64,000 nucleotides of DNA, taken from assembly GCA_028280735.1 (NCBI GenBank), contig JANQLH010000305.1:3798-67797 (forward strand), given 5' to 3'. Below, in pieces: positions 47,180-57,239 of the stretch. This DNA is from SAR324 cluster bacterium. GTDB taxonomy: Bacteria > SAR324 > XYD2-FULL-50-16. The notes below the pieces were generated by a model. The model was not told where the DNA came from and did no database searches. It saw only the letters and a program-made list of their open reading frames with translations. The position numbers and the translations under genes are program-made. The stretch's first letter is position 1, and each line of letters starts with the position of its first letter.

Positions 47180-47815
47180 ATGTTGAACGGACTTTTAGGT
47201 AAAAAAGTAGGTATGACACAGTTTTTCACCGAAGATGGTGAACGAATACCTGTAACTGTAGTGCAATCCGGCCCGGTTACTGTGATACAGAAAAAAACAG
47301 TGGAAAAGGATGGCTACCAGGCGGTCCAAGTAGGGTTTGAAGAGGTAATAAAATCAAAGGAAAAGAATATAACAAAACCTTTGAAAGGGCATTATAAAGA
47401 CCAAAAACCGACCAAGCTGCTTCGGGAGTTTAAAGTAGAGAATGTGGATGATATTCAAGTTGGTCAGACATTTGACGTTAGTGTGTTTGAAAAAGGCGAA
47501 ATTGTCGATGTTTCCGGTACTTCAAAAGGTCGTGGTTTTACCGGGGTTATGAAACGACATAACTTTTCCGGCGGTCCTGCTGCCCACGGTCATAGGTTTA
47601 ACAGGGGAACAGGTGCAATCGGACAAAGTGCCACTCCCGCAAAGATTTTCAAGAACAAGAAAATGCCTGGTCAACATGGAAACACCAGGTCTACGACGCA
47701 GGGTCTTGAGATCGTAGATATCAACAAGGATCTTAATGTACTCTTGATCAAAGGCGCTATCCCCGGGCCAAACGGTAGATTTGTCGAAGTTAGACGTACA
47801 ACCAAAGGAAAATAA
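47180..47815 (+). CDS. rplC: 50S ribosomal protein L3 (solitary, not in an S10 operon)
   Basis: 211 aa. Motifs present: GLLGKKVGMTQFFTEDGERIPVTV, SKGRGFTGVMKRHNF.GGPA.HG and KKMPGQHG. No rpsJ lies upstream and no rplD downstream. Confidence 0.9.
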   Translation: MLNGLLGKKVGMTQFFTEDGERIPVTVVQSGPVTVIQKKTVEKDGYQAVQVGFEEVIKSKEKNITKPLKGHYKDQKPTKLLREFKVENVDDIQVGQTFDVSVFEKGEIVDVSGTSKGRGFTGVMKRHNFSGGPAAHGHRFNRGTGAIGQSATPAKIFKNKKMPGQHGNTRSTTQGLEIVDINKDLNVLLIKGAIPGPNGRFVEVRRTTKGK

Positions 47816-47839
47816 TCGAATCTGCGCATCCTTAAATAT

Positions 47840-47862
47840 GATCTGTGTGTTAGGCACAGATC
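47840..47862. terminator. hairpin between convergent rplC and integrase genes
   Basis: gatctgtg-tgttagg-cacagatc is an 8-bp stem with no clear U-tract on either strand. Confidence 0.35.
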
Positions 47863-47900
47863 AATCCCCTCCTTCTTCAATTCGCTTTCCCGATAAATTC

Positions 47901-48878
47901 CTACACAAAATGATGATGAAGGCTTGCATTATTGCCCAAATCTGATTTGTCGTAACTCGCCAGTTGAGCTGGATTCGCATGACCAGTGATTTTCATGATG
48001 TCGGAATCCTGAACGTTGAGTTCCTTCAAGCGGGTAACCAATGTCACGCGCAACACATGCGGAGTAGTCTTGAAAGGGATACCTGCTCTCTCGCCGGCTT
48101 TAATAAAATTTCTGTCAATTTGATTTACCGCAACAGGTCTATTGTTCCTGGTTACGAATACCAAACCGTTACGATCTTTCACGTAATCTTGTAATTCTTG
48201 TAAAACATGATCAGGATAGTTGATGACCGTTCTTTTATCTTGCCCCCTGGTTTTTGATTGCGAAAATCCAATTTGTTTATTTTCATAGTCAATGTCTGTG
48301 ACTTCAAGTGCCAATACCTCAGTCTTCCTTTTACCTCCCTGCAGTATAAGCTTGGCTATCAGCGCATCCCTTTGATTGATCTTTTCCAGCTCTTGCAAAA
48401 ATCTTCTTGTTTGCGTTGTATTAAGGGCATTGGTGGTAACTTTATCCCTGACTTTAAAAAAAGTTTTATTTACTCCTTCCTTATTGGCCACAGCCTTTCT
48501 TACAATGCCTTGTGTTCTCCTTTGCAGAAAGCCCGTAAAGGAAATGTATGCAGCGGCCCGGGCTTGCCTGGTAGCTTCTCTCCAGTTAGAAACCAGTTTT
48601 ATCTCATCTACTATCGATTCGTGATTAACCAAGCTAAAGGCTTGTATTGACTGCATCGGATCGATAAGATTCCTTTCTGCCAGTTTTTTAAATCCAGCCA
48701 GGTAATTCACGCGTGTGTTCTCTGAAAGTCCGGCCAACCAATTTCCCAGTGCGTGCTCAACAGTTACATCTCCAAGCTGGTTCCACACGGATTCATTTTT
48801 CGCGGAACGAGCTTCTTGATAACTGATACCTTGGCTTTTTATCGTCAGACTGTTTTTGGGTTCGATTTCAAACTTCAT
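47901..48878 (-). CDS. tyrosine-type site-specific recombinase/integrase
   Basis: 325 aa. The catalytic pattern is R in GGKRKTEVL, HxxR in HVLRVT, and GHAN...LASYDK (His and the nucleophilic Tyr). Confidence 0.85.
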   Translation of the reverse strand: MKFEIEPKNSLTIKSQGISYQEARSAKNESVWNQLGDVTVEHALGNWLAGLSENTRVNYLAGFKKLAERNLIDPMQSIQAFSLVNHESIVDEIKLVSNWREATRQARAAAYISFTGFLQRRTQGIVRKAVANKEGVNKTFFKVRDKVTTNALNTTQTRRFLQELEKINQRDALIAKLILQGGKRKTEVLALEVTDIDYENKQIGFSQSKTRGQDKRTVINYPDHVLQELQDYVKDRNGLVFVTRNNRPVAVNQIDRNFIKAGERAGIPFKTTPHVLRVTLVTRLKELNVQDSDIMKITGHANPAQLASYDKSDLGNNASLHHHFV

Positions 48879-49280
48879 AACAGGCCTCGCTTAGCTTCAA
48901 AAAATTGACTGACATATTCATATGTGTTTATAACCTCAATTATAGACACACTTAACAAAAAGACAAGTTTTTTTCCCGGTTGTGTCGTTTTTTGAGCCCT
49001 TATAAAAAAAACAGCTGTAAAAACGGAAAAGAACACATTTTTCTAGTTTTTGATGATTTTGCATCTGCTTGCGCAAGAATTTCATTTGTGAGCCGTTTTG
49101 ATGCCTATTTATTTTTTCGGTCAGTTATCCCGACAGAAATTGCAAGAGTTTATTTATCATTATATTTTATCGACATTGTACATGACATTTAATATTATTC
49201 GAGAAAGAGAATCAGGAACTTGCCAGGTGTAGACCGCCTTGGGCAGGACGTTTCAAGTACCAAATGATTATTGACTAGAC

Positions 49281-49496
49281 ATGACAAAGCTTCATGCGCT
49301 ATCAGAATATATTATCGATGCGGTTGGCCTTCATTGGGCATTGGGGCTGGCCATAGCTGTTTTCATCATTTGCTCATTGATGTTTTTGGGCATTTTGATT
49401 AAAACATTAAGGCTTTTGAAAATTAGAAAAAATCGAAATAAGTTTTATATTTCGTTAATCAATCAGGTAAAAAACAAAGTATCGAATAAGACTTGA
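49281..49496 (+). CDS. small single-pass membrane protein
   Basis: 71 aa with one hydrophobic helix (WALGLAIAVFIICSLMFLGILI) followed by a basic tail. Confidence 0.4.
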   Translation: MTKLHALSEYIIDAVGLHWALGLAIAVFIICSLMFLGILIKTLRLLKIRKNRNKFYISLINQVKNKVSNKT

Positions 49497-49518
49497 TCAA
49501 TAACCAGGCTACCATTAT

Positions 49519-50199
49519 ATGAACAAACACAATTCAGTCAGTACTTATACTTTTGATGAAATTTTTGACAGTATCAGCGGATATTTTGAAACAAACCCTG
49601 GGCTGTCAAACGAGCTGGTTATTGCACGAGAGGACTATTTTCGATTGACGGGAAAACTGAACGAAACAGATACAAGCTTTACCAATAGAATGAACTCGTT
49701 TTTGTTATGGTTCACCTTTGACTGGAAGTGTAGTGACTCCCTGAAATCTCCTTTTGACCATTTCAAGCAATCTGTTTTCAAAGGAACAACCACCTCGATA
49801 AACGGTGAATTAATTACTGACATAGAGGAGCATGTTCATTCTCTTTTTGACACAAAAAAGCTGACGGACCAGTATGCAGTCGTCAAAGATTTATACGGAA
49901 AGAAGAAATACGAGATTGTTCAGCCCGATTACCTTTATGGCAGCCCCAAAGGTACTTATTTTGAGACGAGATTATTCAAAATAAATGGTCATTACAGGTT
50001 TTCCAATTATTTTATCCAACATCCTTTGGAGGTAAAGAAAGATATCCACAAAGCCTGCAAGCAATTGTTTAAAAAGGGTGACTCGATAAAACCATTTTTA
50101 ATTCATCTTCACTCTTATCACACCAAGTGGGAAAGATACCGTAACATCAATATCAAAAGCATTTACCACTTTGATAAATCTATTCCGGAAGCTAAATAA
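49519..50199 (+). CDS. hypothetical protein (226 aa)
   Basis: Open frame 22 nt after the small membrane-protein gene. I recognise no motif. Confidence 0.5.
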   Translation: MNKHNSVSTYTFDEIFDSISGYFETNPGLSNELVIAREDYFRLTGKLNETDTSFTNRMNSFLLWFTFDWKCSDSLKSPFDHFKQSVFKGTTTSINGELITDIEEHVHSLFDTKKLTDQYAVVKDLYGKKKYEIVQPDYLYGSPKGTYFETRLFKINGHYRFSNYFIQHPLEVKKDIHKACKQLFKKGDSIKPFLIHLHSYHTKWERYRNINIKSIYHFDKSIPEAK

Positions 50200-50215
50200 A
50201 TTCCGAACGAAAATC

Positions 50216-50425
50216 AGTTTAAATCCCACCAATAAAAGGTTTATAAGCAGCTTGGCGCATTGAGGTTCAGTGCTTTCAGCAATCAGCCCTCAGCCGGTTT
50301 TTGCTTGTCTTTGCAATGCCTTAAGCAGAAAGCTGACGGCTGACAGCACCTTAATCTCCGGGCTGAATACCGGTATCTGACACAAAGTTGGATAAAGGTT
50401 TAGCGACTTTTCGTTCAGACACTAA
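50216..50425 (+). repeat. dispersed ~200-nt structured intergenic repeat, copy B
   Basis: Same-orientation copy of 19997-20199. The hairpin arms are at 50279-50294 and 50332-50347. Confidence 0.75.
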
Positions 50426-50502
50426 CTAGCGGCTCTAATTTTTCATTTTCGTGGGAAAGTGAGTGTGAAGCACAATCCAAGAGGTGAATACGGGCGGGAG
50501 AG

Positions 50503-50985
50503 TTATTCGAGGAATTTTTTCGAGTCGAAGCAAGTCTCTATAAAAAAATCTCCGGCGGCTGTCTTAAATGGGATGACAATTGTTCGCTCATTTACGGTAT
50601 GTACAAGTTTGTGTTCGTTTCCTTTAGCAATTTTCGGAATCCCGGCTGAAAATGAAAATCCAAGTTTTACCAGCTGGCGCCTGGCATCGCCGCTTATCAT
50701 GTTAACCAGTTCACCAACCATATCGGCAACCTCATCATCCAATTCTTCATAAACTTCTCCCAACATACCGGAAGCAATTTTTAGAATACACTTGGTTTCA
50801 AAGCTAAGACCAATACTCCCATTGCACTCACCGGTCAGCTCTATCACGGAAGATATATTACCCAGGGCTGTTTGATTTGATTCTTCCTTAAGATATGGTT
50901 TTAAAGGTTTCGACTCAAGACTAGCCATAGTACTTAACACTTTACGAGTGGCATTGATGAACGGCTGGATATATTCAATCTTCAT
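50503..50985 (-). CDS. cheX: CheX-like chemotaxis phosphatase (paralogue 1)
   Basis: 160 aa. CheC/CheX-fold pattern: N-terminal I.PFI.AT..VL..M and the GE..NM..G motif (VGELVNMISGDA). Confidence 0.75.
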   Translation of the reverse strand: MKIEYIQPFINATRKVLSTMASLESKPLKPYLKEESNQTALGNISSVIELTGECNGSIGLSFETKCILKIASGMLGEVYEELDDEVADMVGELVNMISGDARRQLVKLGFSFSAGIPKIAKGNEHKLVHTVNERTIVIPFKTAAGDFFIETCFDSKKFLE

Positions 50986-51168
50986 ACAGGTATTAATTTT
51001 TTTATGTCAGTGTATTAAGAAGCACAAATTGACGGGAGAGATGATTTGCCAATGTATCTTTCATGCTTCTTCTGCTGGTCTGCCACATTAAGCATTAATA
51101 GATGTGTTACATGTTGTCTAGCTATTTATAAAGCATAAGGCCACAAAGCACGGATTTGCGATCTTTTA

Positions 51169-53346
51169 TCAATGCAAAGCGTCTACCGTACTACCGTATT
51201 GAGCATTATACTCCTTTTCCACCAACTGCAAATGCTTGTTGATATCGATTATCAATGCCACCGTACCATCTGCCATAATAGTGGCGCCTGAAATGGTGTC
51301 TATATCTTTGTAAACCCGGCTTAAGTTTTTAATAACTGTTTGATGTTGACCCACAACCTTGTCTACAACGAAACCTACCCGATGTCCTTCAATTTCAGTG
51401 ATTACGACTTGTTCGATAGGGAGTCTTTGTTTGCAGATGTTAAACTGTTCCCTAAGTCTGACGTAAGGTACAATCTGACCGCGAACATTGGTTACGTTTC
51501 TGCCGTGTGCATGTTTGATATCCTGCTCAGTGAGTTCAATACATTCTTCTACAAAAGCCAGGGGGATGACATAAAATTCATCATGTACCTTGACGAGTAA
51601 ACCATCGATTATCGCCAGTGTTAAAGGCAGTTTCACTGTAATTGTAGTTCCGACTCCAATAACGCTGTCTATATCAACGACTCCCCTGAGGTTTTCAATG
51701 GCTTTTTTCACCACATCCATGCCAACACCTCGGCCTGAAACGTTGGATACCTCTTTTGCAGTTGAAAATCCGGGTTCGAAGATTAAAAAAAGGCAATCTT
51801 TATCGGATAATTTTGATTCCTTGGTAATAAGACCCTTATCAATGGCTTTTTGTCGGATACTTGCCGGATCCATTCCGTAGCCGTCATCAACAATTTTGAT
51901 TAATACCTGGGCACCGGAATAAGAAGCTGAAAGCTCGATCTTACCCTGGCTGGGTTTTCCGGCAGCAATTCTTTCCTCGGGAGACTCGATACCGTGATCT
52001 GCAGCATTTCTTAACAGGTGCACCAGGGGATCATTCAGTTGTTCGATTACATTTTTATCCAGCTCTGTTTCTTCTCCATTGGTTAACAGAACGATATCTT
52101 TTTCCAACTCAGTAGAAAGATCTCTAACCAATCGCTTAAATCTATTGAATGTTGTGCCGAATGTCAGCATCCGCACACTCATGGTACTATCCCTTAGCTC
52201 TGCGGTAAGCCTTTCTACCTCTTCAGCAATAGAAAGCACCGTTGAATCCTCCTTTTCGACAGCAATTTGACTCAGTCTGGCTTGGGCTGTAACCAACTCA
52301 CCGACTAAATCCACTAACTTATCGAGTTTAGTTGAAGCGACACGTATACTGGATACCGAGTCGGTTTTTCGTCGTTTTTCCCTGGTCTCCCTTACGATTT
52401 TTTGTTCCTCCAAGGCGGATTCCACCTGACTGGGTTGCACCAACCCTTCATTTTGCAATTGTTTACCAAGTAACACTTTGTTTTTAATTACCTTTTGCAG
52501 CTCTTCATGTGAGATGTCGCCCCGGTCAATTAGAATCTCTCCCAGCTTTTTATAACTGTCTTCCAAATCCAACCCGCTATCCGTATCGACTAAATCGATT
52601 TGAATATCACAAGAGTCATCCAGGAAGATAAACACGTCCTGAATTTCGTTTTTGGATTCCCGAGTACTAAGAATAATATCCCACCAGGTATAGCAAGCTT
52701 CAGGATCAAGTTGTTCCAGTTCTGTGATGTTACCGGCATGGGCTATAGCTTTGCACTCTCCCAGCTCTTTAAGTTCATTTAAAATGAGAAGAGGATTGGT
52801 CCCCGTAGCGAAAATTCCGGAAGTGGGTTTAAATCTAATTCTAAATATTGAGAGCTCAGGCTTTTGTGTTGTTTCCGGCTCTTTTTCATAATGATGTGCC
52901 TCTTCCGTGACTTTTATCTCTTGGTTTGATTCAGGTAAAATATTGAGAAAGGCATCCGTTATTTCTTTTCTTGTTTCCCGGTCTTCCGGTAATGGGTTTT
53001 CAGATTCATTTAACAACTTGCCGATCTGATCATGAGCCTCCAAGGCAAGGGCAACCAAATCTTTTGTAATTTCAATCGACCCTTCCCTGATACAATCGAA
53101 TACTGTTTCGATATTATGTGTAAAATCTACAATATCCTCGAATCCGAACATACCAGCTGACCCCTTAATGGTATGCATGGCTCTAAAAGCGCTGTCTAGC
53201 AGGTCTTGATCAGAGGGATTGTTTTCCAACTCCAGCAATGCTTCTTCTAACTCAGCAAGTCTTTCCCAAGCCTCTTCTTTAAAAGCCAGTACATGTCGGT
53301 TTTCTTCTGCTTTCTTACCTGTACGCTGATTTTCAGGAGATTCCAT
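51169..53346 (-). CDS. cheA: chemotaxis histidine kinase CheA
   Basis: HPt site AMHTIKGSAGMFG, a dimerisation region, the HATPase motifs HLLRNA.DHG, DDG.G and GRGVGMDVV, and a C-terminal CheW-like domain. I prefer ATG 53346 (AGGA upstream) over the track's TTG at 53385. Confidence 0.95.
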   Translation of the reverse strand: MESPENQRTGKKAEENRHVLAFKEEAWERLAELEEALLELENNPSDQDLLDSAFRAMHTIKGSAGMFGFEDIVDFTHNIETVFDCIREGSIEITKDLVALALEAHDQIGKLLNESENPLPEDRETRKEITDAFLNILPESNQEIKVTEEAHHYEKEPETTQKPELSIFRIRFKPTSGIFATGTNPLLILNELKELGECKAIAHAGNITELEQLDPEACYTWWDIILSTRESKNEIQDVFIFLDDSCDIQIDLVDTDSGLDLEDSYKKLGEILIDRGDISHEELQKVIKNKVLLGKQLQNEGLVQPSQVESALEEQKIVRETREKRRKTDSVSSIRVASTKLDKLVDLVGELVTAQARLSQIAVEKEDSTVLSIAEEVERLTAELRDSTMSVRMLTFGTTFNRFKRLVRDLSTELEKDIVLLTNGEETELDKNVIEQLNDPLVHLLRNAADHGIESPEERIAAGKPSQGKIELSASYSGAQVLIKIVDDGYGMDPASIRQKAIDKGLITKESKLSDKDCLFLIFEPGFSTAKEVSNVSGRGVGMDVVKKAIENLRGVVDIDSVIGVGTTITVKLPLTLAIIDGLLVKVHDEFYVIPLAFVEECIELTEQDIKHAHGRNVTNVRGQIVPYVRLREQFNICKQRLPIEQVVITEIEGHRVGFVVDKVVGQHQTVIKNLSRVYKDIDTISGATIMADGTVALIIDINKHLQLVEKEYNAQYGSTVDALH

Positions 53347-53412
53347 TGGTATCCTATAGTTGGTTACAATTGAACGGCATATCAAGCTGCTAATTCTTTG
53401 TTATTATGGAAA

Positions 53413-53778
53413 TTATCCCAGAACTTTTTTAATAACACCTACCAGTTGCTCAGGTTTGAATGGCTTGACTATCCATCCTGTTGCCCCGGCTTGCTTACCC
53501 TGCTGTTTCTTTTCTTCCTGGGATTCGGTTGTCAGGAAAATTATGGGAATAAACTTAAAACTTGGATTGGCCCTTAGTTGTTTTATCAGTTCAATCCCGT
53601 CCATATTGGGCATGTTTAGGTCAGTCAACACCATGTCTACCGGTTGTTGTTGAAGTTTTGCCAAAGCTTCGACACCATCCTCGGCTTCACTGACTTCGTA
53701 TCCTTCATTTTTGAGAGTAAAACTCACCATTTGTCTTACACTCGCTGAATCGTCCACAGTCATTATTTTTTTACCCAT
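53413..53778 (-). CDS. cheY: chemotaxis response regulator CheY
   Basis: 121 aa single receiver domain. Motifs present: VDDS, phospho-acceptor in LTDLNMP, and KPF. Confidence 0.93.
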   Translation of the reverse strand: MGKKIMTVDDSASVRQMVSFTLKNEGYEVSEAEDGVEALAKLQQQPVDMVLTDLNMPNMDGIELIKQLRANPSFKFIPIIFLTTESQEEKKQQGKQAGATGWIVKPFKPEQLVGVIKKVLG

Positions 53779-53844
53779 ACATCTCCTTTTGCTTTAGTCA
53801 TGTTCAGTTTAGGAGGAGTTCAAATAAATGAACAATAATCCGTT

Positions 53845-54918
53845 TCATCTGGCAAGTAAAACAACTTCGTCCGATATGGATTGCAGAGGCAGCACATGAT
53901 CAACACCTCCCAGCTTAATGGCTTCATTGGGCATTCCGAAAACCACGCATGTTGCTTCATTTTGAGCGATGGTTTTAGCCCCTTGATGCTTCATTTCCAT
54001 CATTCCTTTTGCACCGTCATCACCCATTCCTGTCATAATTACCCCAATCACATTCTTTCCTGCATACCGGGAAGCAGATCGAAATAAAACATCGACTGAG
54101 GGTCTGTGTCTACTGACTAGGGGGCCATCCTTAACCTGAACATAGTATCTTGCACCACTACGTTTTAATAAAGTATGTTTGTTCCCCGGGGCAATCAGAA
54201 CTCTTCCGGAGACAACGGTGTCATTGTCTTCGGCTTCCTTTACCGTGACTCTGCAGAGAGAATCCAGTCTTTTGGCAAAAGCTGAGGTGAAATTTTCAGG
54301 CATATGTTGCACTATTACAGTTCCCGGGGCGTCCAAGGGAAGTCCTTCAAGAAAAATCTTTAAAGCCTCGGTGCCTCCCGTTGACGCTCCTACTACCACT
54401 ACTTTTTCAGTGGTTTGAATCATTGCCTTGGAACTTGCCTTGGGAAGAACTACATCGGCTGTCAGTTTCTTTGAAGGTTTGATCCCTGCTACGGGTTTGA
54501 TTTTCTTCTTTTTGACATTTGCCTGAGCTGCAGCCTTTATTGAATCACAGATTAGTATCTTCGCTTCTTCCAAATACTGCTTTGCACCAATGTTCGGCTT
54601 ATGAATTACATCTATGGCACCATATTCGAGTGCTTTAACGGCTGTTTCCGAGCCTTTTTCCGTCAAACTGGAGCAGATAACGACCGGAATTGGATATTGT
54701 ACCATCAGTTTCTTTAAAAAGGTAATGCCATCCATTCGTGGCATTTCCACATCTAGAGTGATGACATCCGGAACTTCCTTGGTCATTTTGCGAGCTGCAA
54801 CAAAAGGATCTTGTGCTGTCGCTATGACGGAAAGCTGTTTATCCGATGCGATTATTTTTTCCATGGTCTGTCTGACAACAGCGGAATCATCAATAATCAT
54901 TACTTTGATTTTCTTCAT
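53845..54918 (-). CDS. cheB: protein-glutamate methylesterase CheB
   Basis: 357 aa with a receiver domain plus a CheB catalytic domain (GASTGG, HMP..FT..FA.RL, GMG.DG). Confidence 0.95.
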   Translation of the reverse strand: MKKIKVMIIDDSAVVRQTMEKIIASDKQLSVIATAQDPFVAARKMTKEVPDVITLDVEMPRMDGITFLKKLMVQYPIPVVICSSLTEKGSETAVKALEYGAIDVIHKPNIGAKQYLEEAKILICDSIKAAAQANVKKKKIKPVAGIKPSKKLTADVVLPKASSKAMIQTTEKVVVVGASTGGTEALKIFLEGLPLDAPGTVIVQHMPENFTSAFAKRLDSLCRVTVKEAEDNDTVVSGRVLIAPGNKHTLLKRSGARYYVQVKDGPLVSRHRPSVDVLFRSASRYAGKNVIGVIMTGMGDDGAKGMMEMKHQGAKTIAQNEATCVVFGMPNEAIKLGGVDHVLPLQSISDEVVLLAR

Positions 54919-54970
54919 AGCAATTTTAGTGATACCAATAAGTTAGGCTAATTTCAAATAGTCTGTTTGA

Positions 54971-55816
54971 TTATTTTGTTTTGGCATAGACAGTTGGAAA
55001 TACCTGTTTTAGAGGGAGCTCAATTCCTTGAATCGTTTCCGAATGCCCCTGGAGAAAAAAGCCGCCGGGAATCAGGTTTCGAATAATTCGGTTTAAGATA
55101 ACTTCTTGGGTTTGTTTATCAAAATAGATAATTACGTTTCTACAAAATATAATATCCATTTTATCTTTGATACCATATTCCCTATCCATAAAATTTAGTC
55201 GCCCGAATTGAATTAGTTCTCTTATTTCAGGAGCGATTTTAACTAATTTCTTTTCACCTGATTTACTTTTTAACAGGTATTTTTTTTTAATGCTGTAAGG
55301 AATTGGAACAGCCCTGATTTCATGATAAATTGCTCTTTGTGCAACTCGTAACACTTCAACTGATATATCAGTCGCTAGTATTGACAGCCGAATATTATGC
55401 AGTCCTTTGGTTTCCAAATAGTCCTTAATTACCATCGCTATCGTATACGGCTCTTCTCCGGTTGAACAACCGGCACTCCATATACGCAGGGTATCAAACT
55501 CCTTTTTCTTATTTTTTAATAAATTCGGTAGTATTTGATCGGTTAAATACTCAAAGTGTTCATTTTCTCTAAAAAAATCTGTTTTATTTGTTGTTATCTT
55601 GTCGATAAAGTGTGGAAGTTCTTCTTCCATGCCCTCCGGACTGAAAAGATAGTCACAATATTCTTTAAATGATTTAATATCCAGTTTTCGAAGTCTTTTT
55701 TGCAACCGGCTTTCCAGAAGGGTTTTTTTTACTTCCGGCATTTTAATGCCGTATTCATTTTGGATGAAATCACTAAGTCTGTTGAAGTCTTTTTGAAGTA
55801 TTGAAACGATTTGCAT
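54971..55816 (-). CDS. cheR: chemotaxis protein methyltransferase CheR
   Basis: The CheR N-terminal helical domain is followed by the SAM-binding motifs IWSAGCSTGEEPY and FCRNVIIYFD. I prefer ATG 55816. The track's TTG at 55861 would overlap cheD. Confidence 0.9.
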   Translation of the reverse strand: MQIVSILQKDFNRLSDFIQNEYGIKMPEVKKTLLESRLQKRLRKLDIKSFKEYCDYLFSPEGMEEELPHFIDKITTNKTDFFRENEHFEYLTDQILPNLLKNKKKEFDTLRIWSAGCSTGEEPYTIAMVIKDYLETKGLHNIRLSILATDISVEVLRVAQRAIYHEIRAVPIPYSIKKKYLLKSKSGEKKLVKIAPEIRELIQFGRLNFMDREYGIKDKMDIIFCRNVIIYFDKQTQEVILNRIIRNLIPGGFFLQGHSETIQGIELPLKQVFPTVYAKTK

Positions 55817-55835
55817 AAAAAATATATTTTTTGGG

Positions 55836-56444
55836 TTACTTATTTTTATTCCATAGTTCAACTTCAGGAGTTAAATTCCATTTTTTTTGTTTGGTAGCTT
55901 TCCAGTAATTACTATCCCTATTGGCAATTTTTGTTGTATCTGATTTACCTATTTTCCTTACATAGACCGTGTAATCATTTCCGTGAAATAAAATAACCCG
56001 ACCGTGATTTCCACCCAGGTCAGATGCTACCAAGGGTATTTTTTCCGTTTCCAGGAATTCTTTAATAAATCGAATATTCAGATCCCCAACATTATATTGA
56101 ACCACAAAATCCTTGGCATAGTTCAAAACATTGCCACCGCCGAATGCTTTTGCCCGGATGTTATTTTTTACGGCTCCCAGTTTAAGCATACCGTTGATAA
56201 CCAGTTCCATGGCATTAATCCCGTACCTCCCTGATTCTGTTGTTATTAGTGAGCCTTCGGATATTTTCCTTTCGCTACTAAGCAAAAAGTGATTCATCCC
56301 CATAACTCGATGAATAGGGTCAAACAAGCAGGCTGCCACACAGGAACCCAGCAACGTTTTCATTACAATACGTTGGTCTGTTACATAATACTCACCAGGG
56401 TTGAGGATATAGTTTGAAATCCTAGTTTTATTAACTATCCTCAT
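55836..56444 (-). CDS. cheD: chemoreceptor glutamine deamidase CheD
   Basis: 202 aa. Motifs present: LGSCVAACLFD, GMNHFLL and AKAFGGG. Confidence 0.88.
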   Translation of the reverse strand: MRIVNKTRISNYILNPGEYYVTDQRIVMKTLLGSCVAACLFDPIHRVMGMNHFLLSSERKISEGSLITTESGRYGINAMELVINGMLKLGAVKNNIRAKAFGGGNVLNYAKDFVVQYNVGDLNIRFIKEFLETEKIPLVASDLGGNHGRVILFHGNDYTVYVRKIGKSDTTKIANRDSNYWKATKQKKWNLTPEVELWNKNK

Positions 56445-56572
56445 GAAATCTCGGATATTTAGGTACCTGATTTTGGCTCACATTCATTTATTCTCGCTCA
56501 AACCACTGTGTTAGCTATCGTGCGGATTTTTGCATTACCATAAGGATTTATCGGAAACAAGATGCTCAAGTA

Positions 56573-56920
56573 TCAGGCGAACGCCTCACCAAAGCATAAC
56601 CACTCAACCTTTTCAAATCCGGCATCAAAAACAGCATTACGGAAAACATTAGGGCATTCCCCTTTCAAGTCCAGTTTTTTATTTTTGGCAACAGCTGATT
56701 TACAGGCTGCATAGAAAATCTGGATACTGGAAAGGTCAAAAATATTAACTAATTCAAAATCAAGGTTGCAAACATCTACTTTTGACAATGCTTCCAAGAC
56801 AGTCTCTTTGATTGATATTGCATCCTGAATCGTTAAATCACCGGAAAATCTGAGTGTACCCACATTTTTCTTGCCGCTTTTTTCTATCACTAATTCAGAC
56901 TCAAATCTTTGAAAATCCAA
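56573..56920 (-). CDS. STAS-domain protein (anti-sigma-factor-antagonist fold)
   Basis: 115 aa with a TTG start preceded by GGAGG. The pattern L.F.G.L.. followed by ..D...V..FDLSS.Q.. resembles SpoIIAA/STAS. Confidence 0.65.
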   Translation of the reverse strand: MDFQRFESELVIEKSGKKNVGTLRFSGDLTIQDAISIKETVLEALSKVDVCNLDFELVNIFDLSSIQIFYAACKSAVAKNKKLDLKGECPNVFRNAVFDAGFEKVEWLCFGEAFA

Positions 56921-57239
56921 AGTTGCCTCCCGATAACACTGATCACGGATATTGTTTGATAAAGGAAAAGCTAGTTTCCAGGGGTTATTTTACAATCAGT
57001 TTATTTTGCCATATTAGATCTATTTTATCTTACTAATGGCCTGATTACAATATTAAATTAAAATGAGGGAAATCTTCCGGACGATATCCTTGTTAAACAA
57101 ACAAGCATAGAAAGACCTTGGTTATTGCTCCGGAATAGTATATTTGGGAGTTGTATTGTTACGTGGATTTGGTGAAACCCAGAGTGGATGTGAAGCTGAC
57201 GCCTAGTCAGGCTAAGAGAGCTGAGAGAGAGGAATGGCG

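Noticed and set aside
47816-50502. Search for direct repeats (att sites) flanking the integrase block.
   Set aside because: By eye I found only a trivial shared heptamer (ctttccc) between the two flanks. That is not enough to call att sites, so I recorded the block only as a hypothesis.
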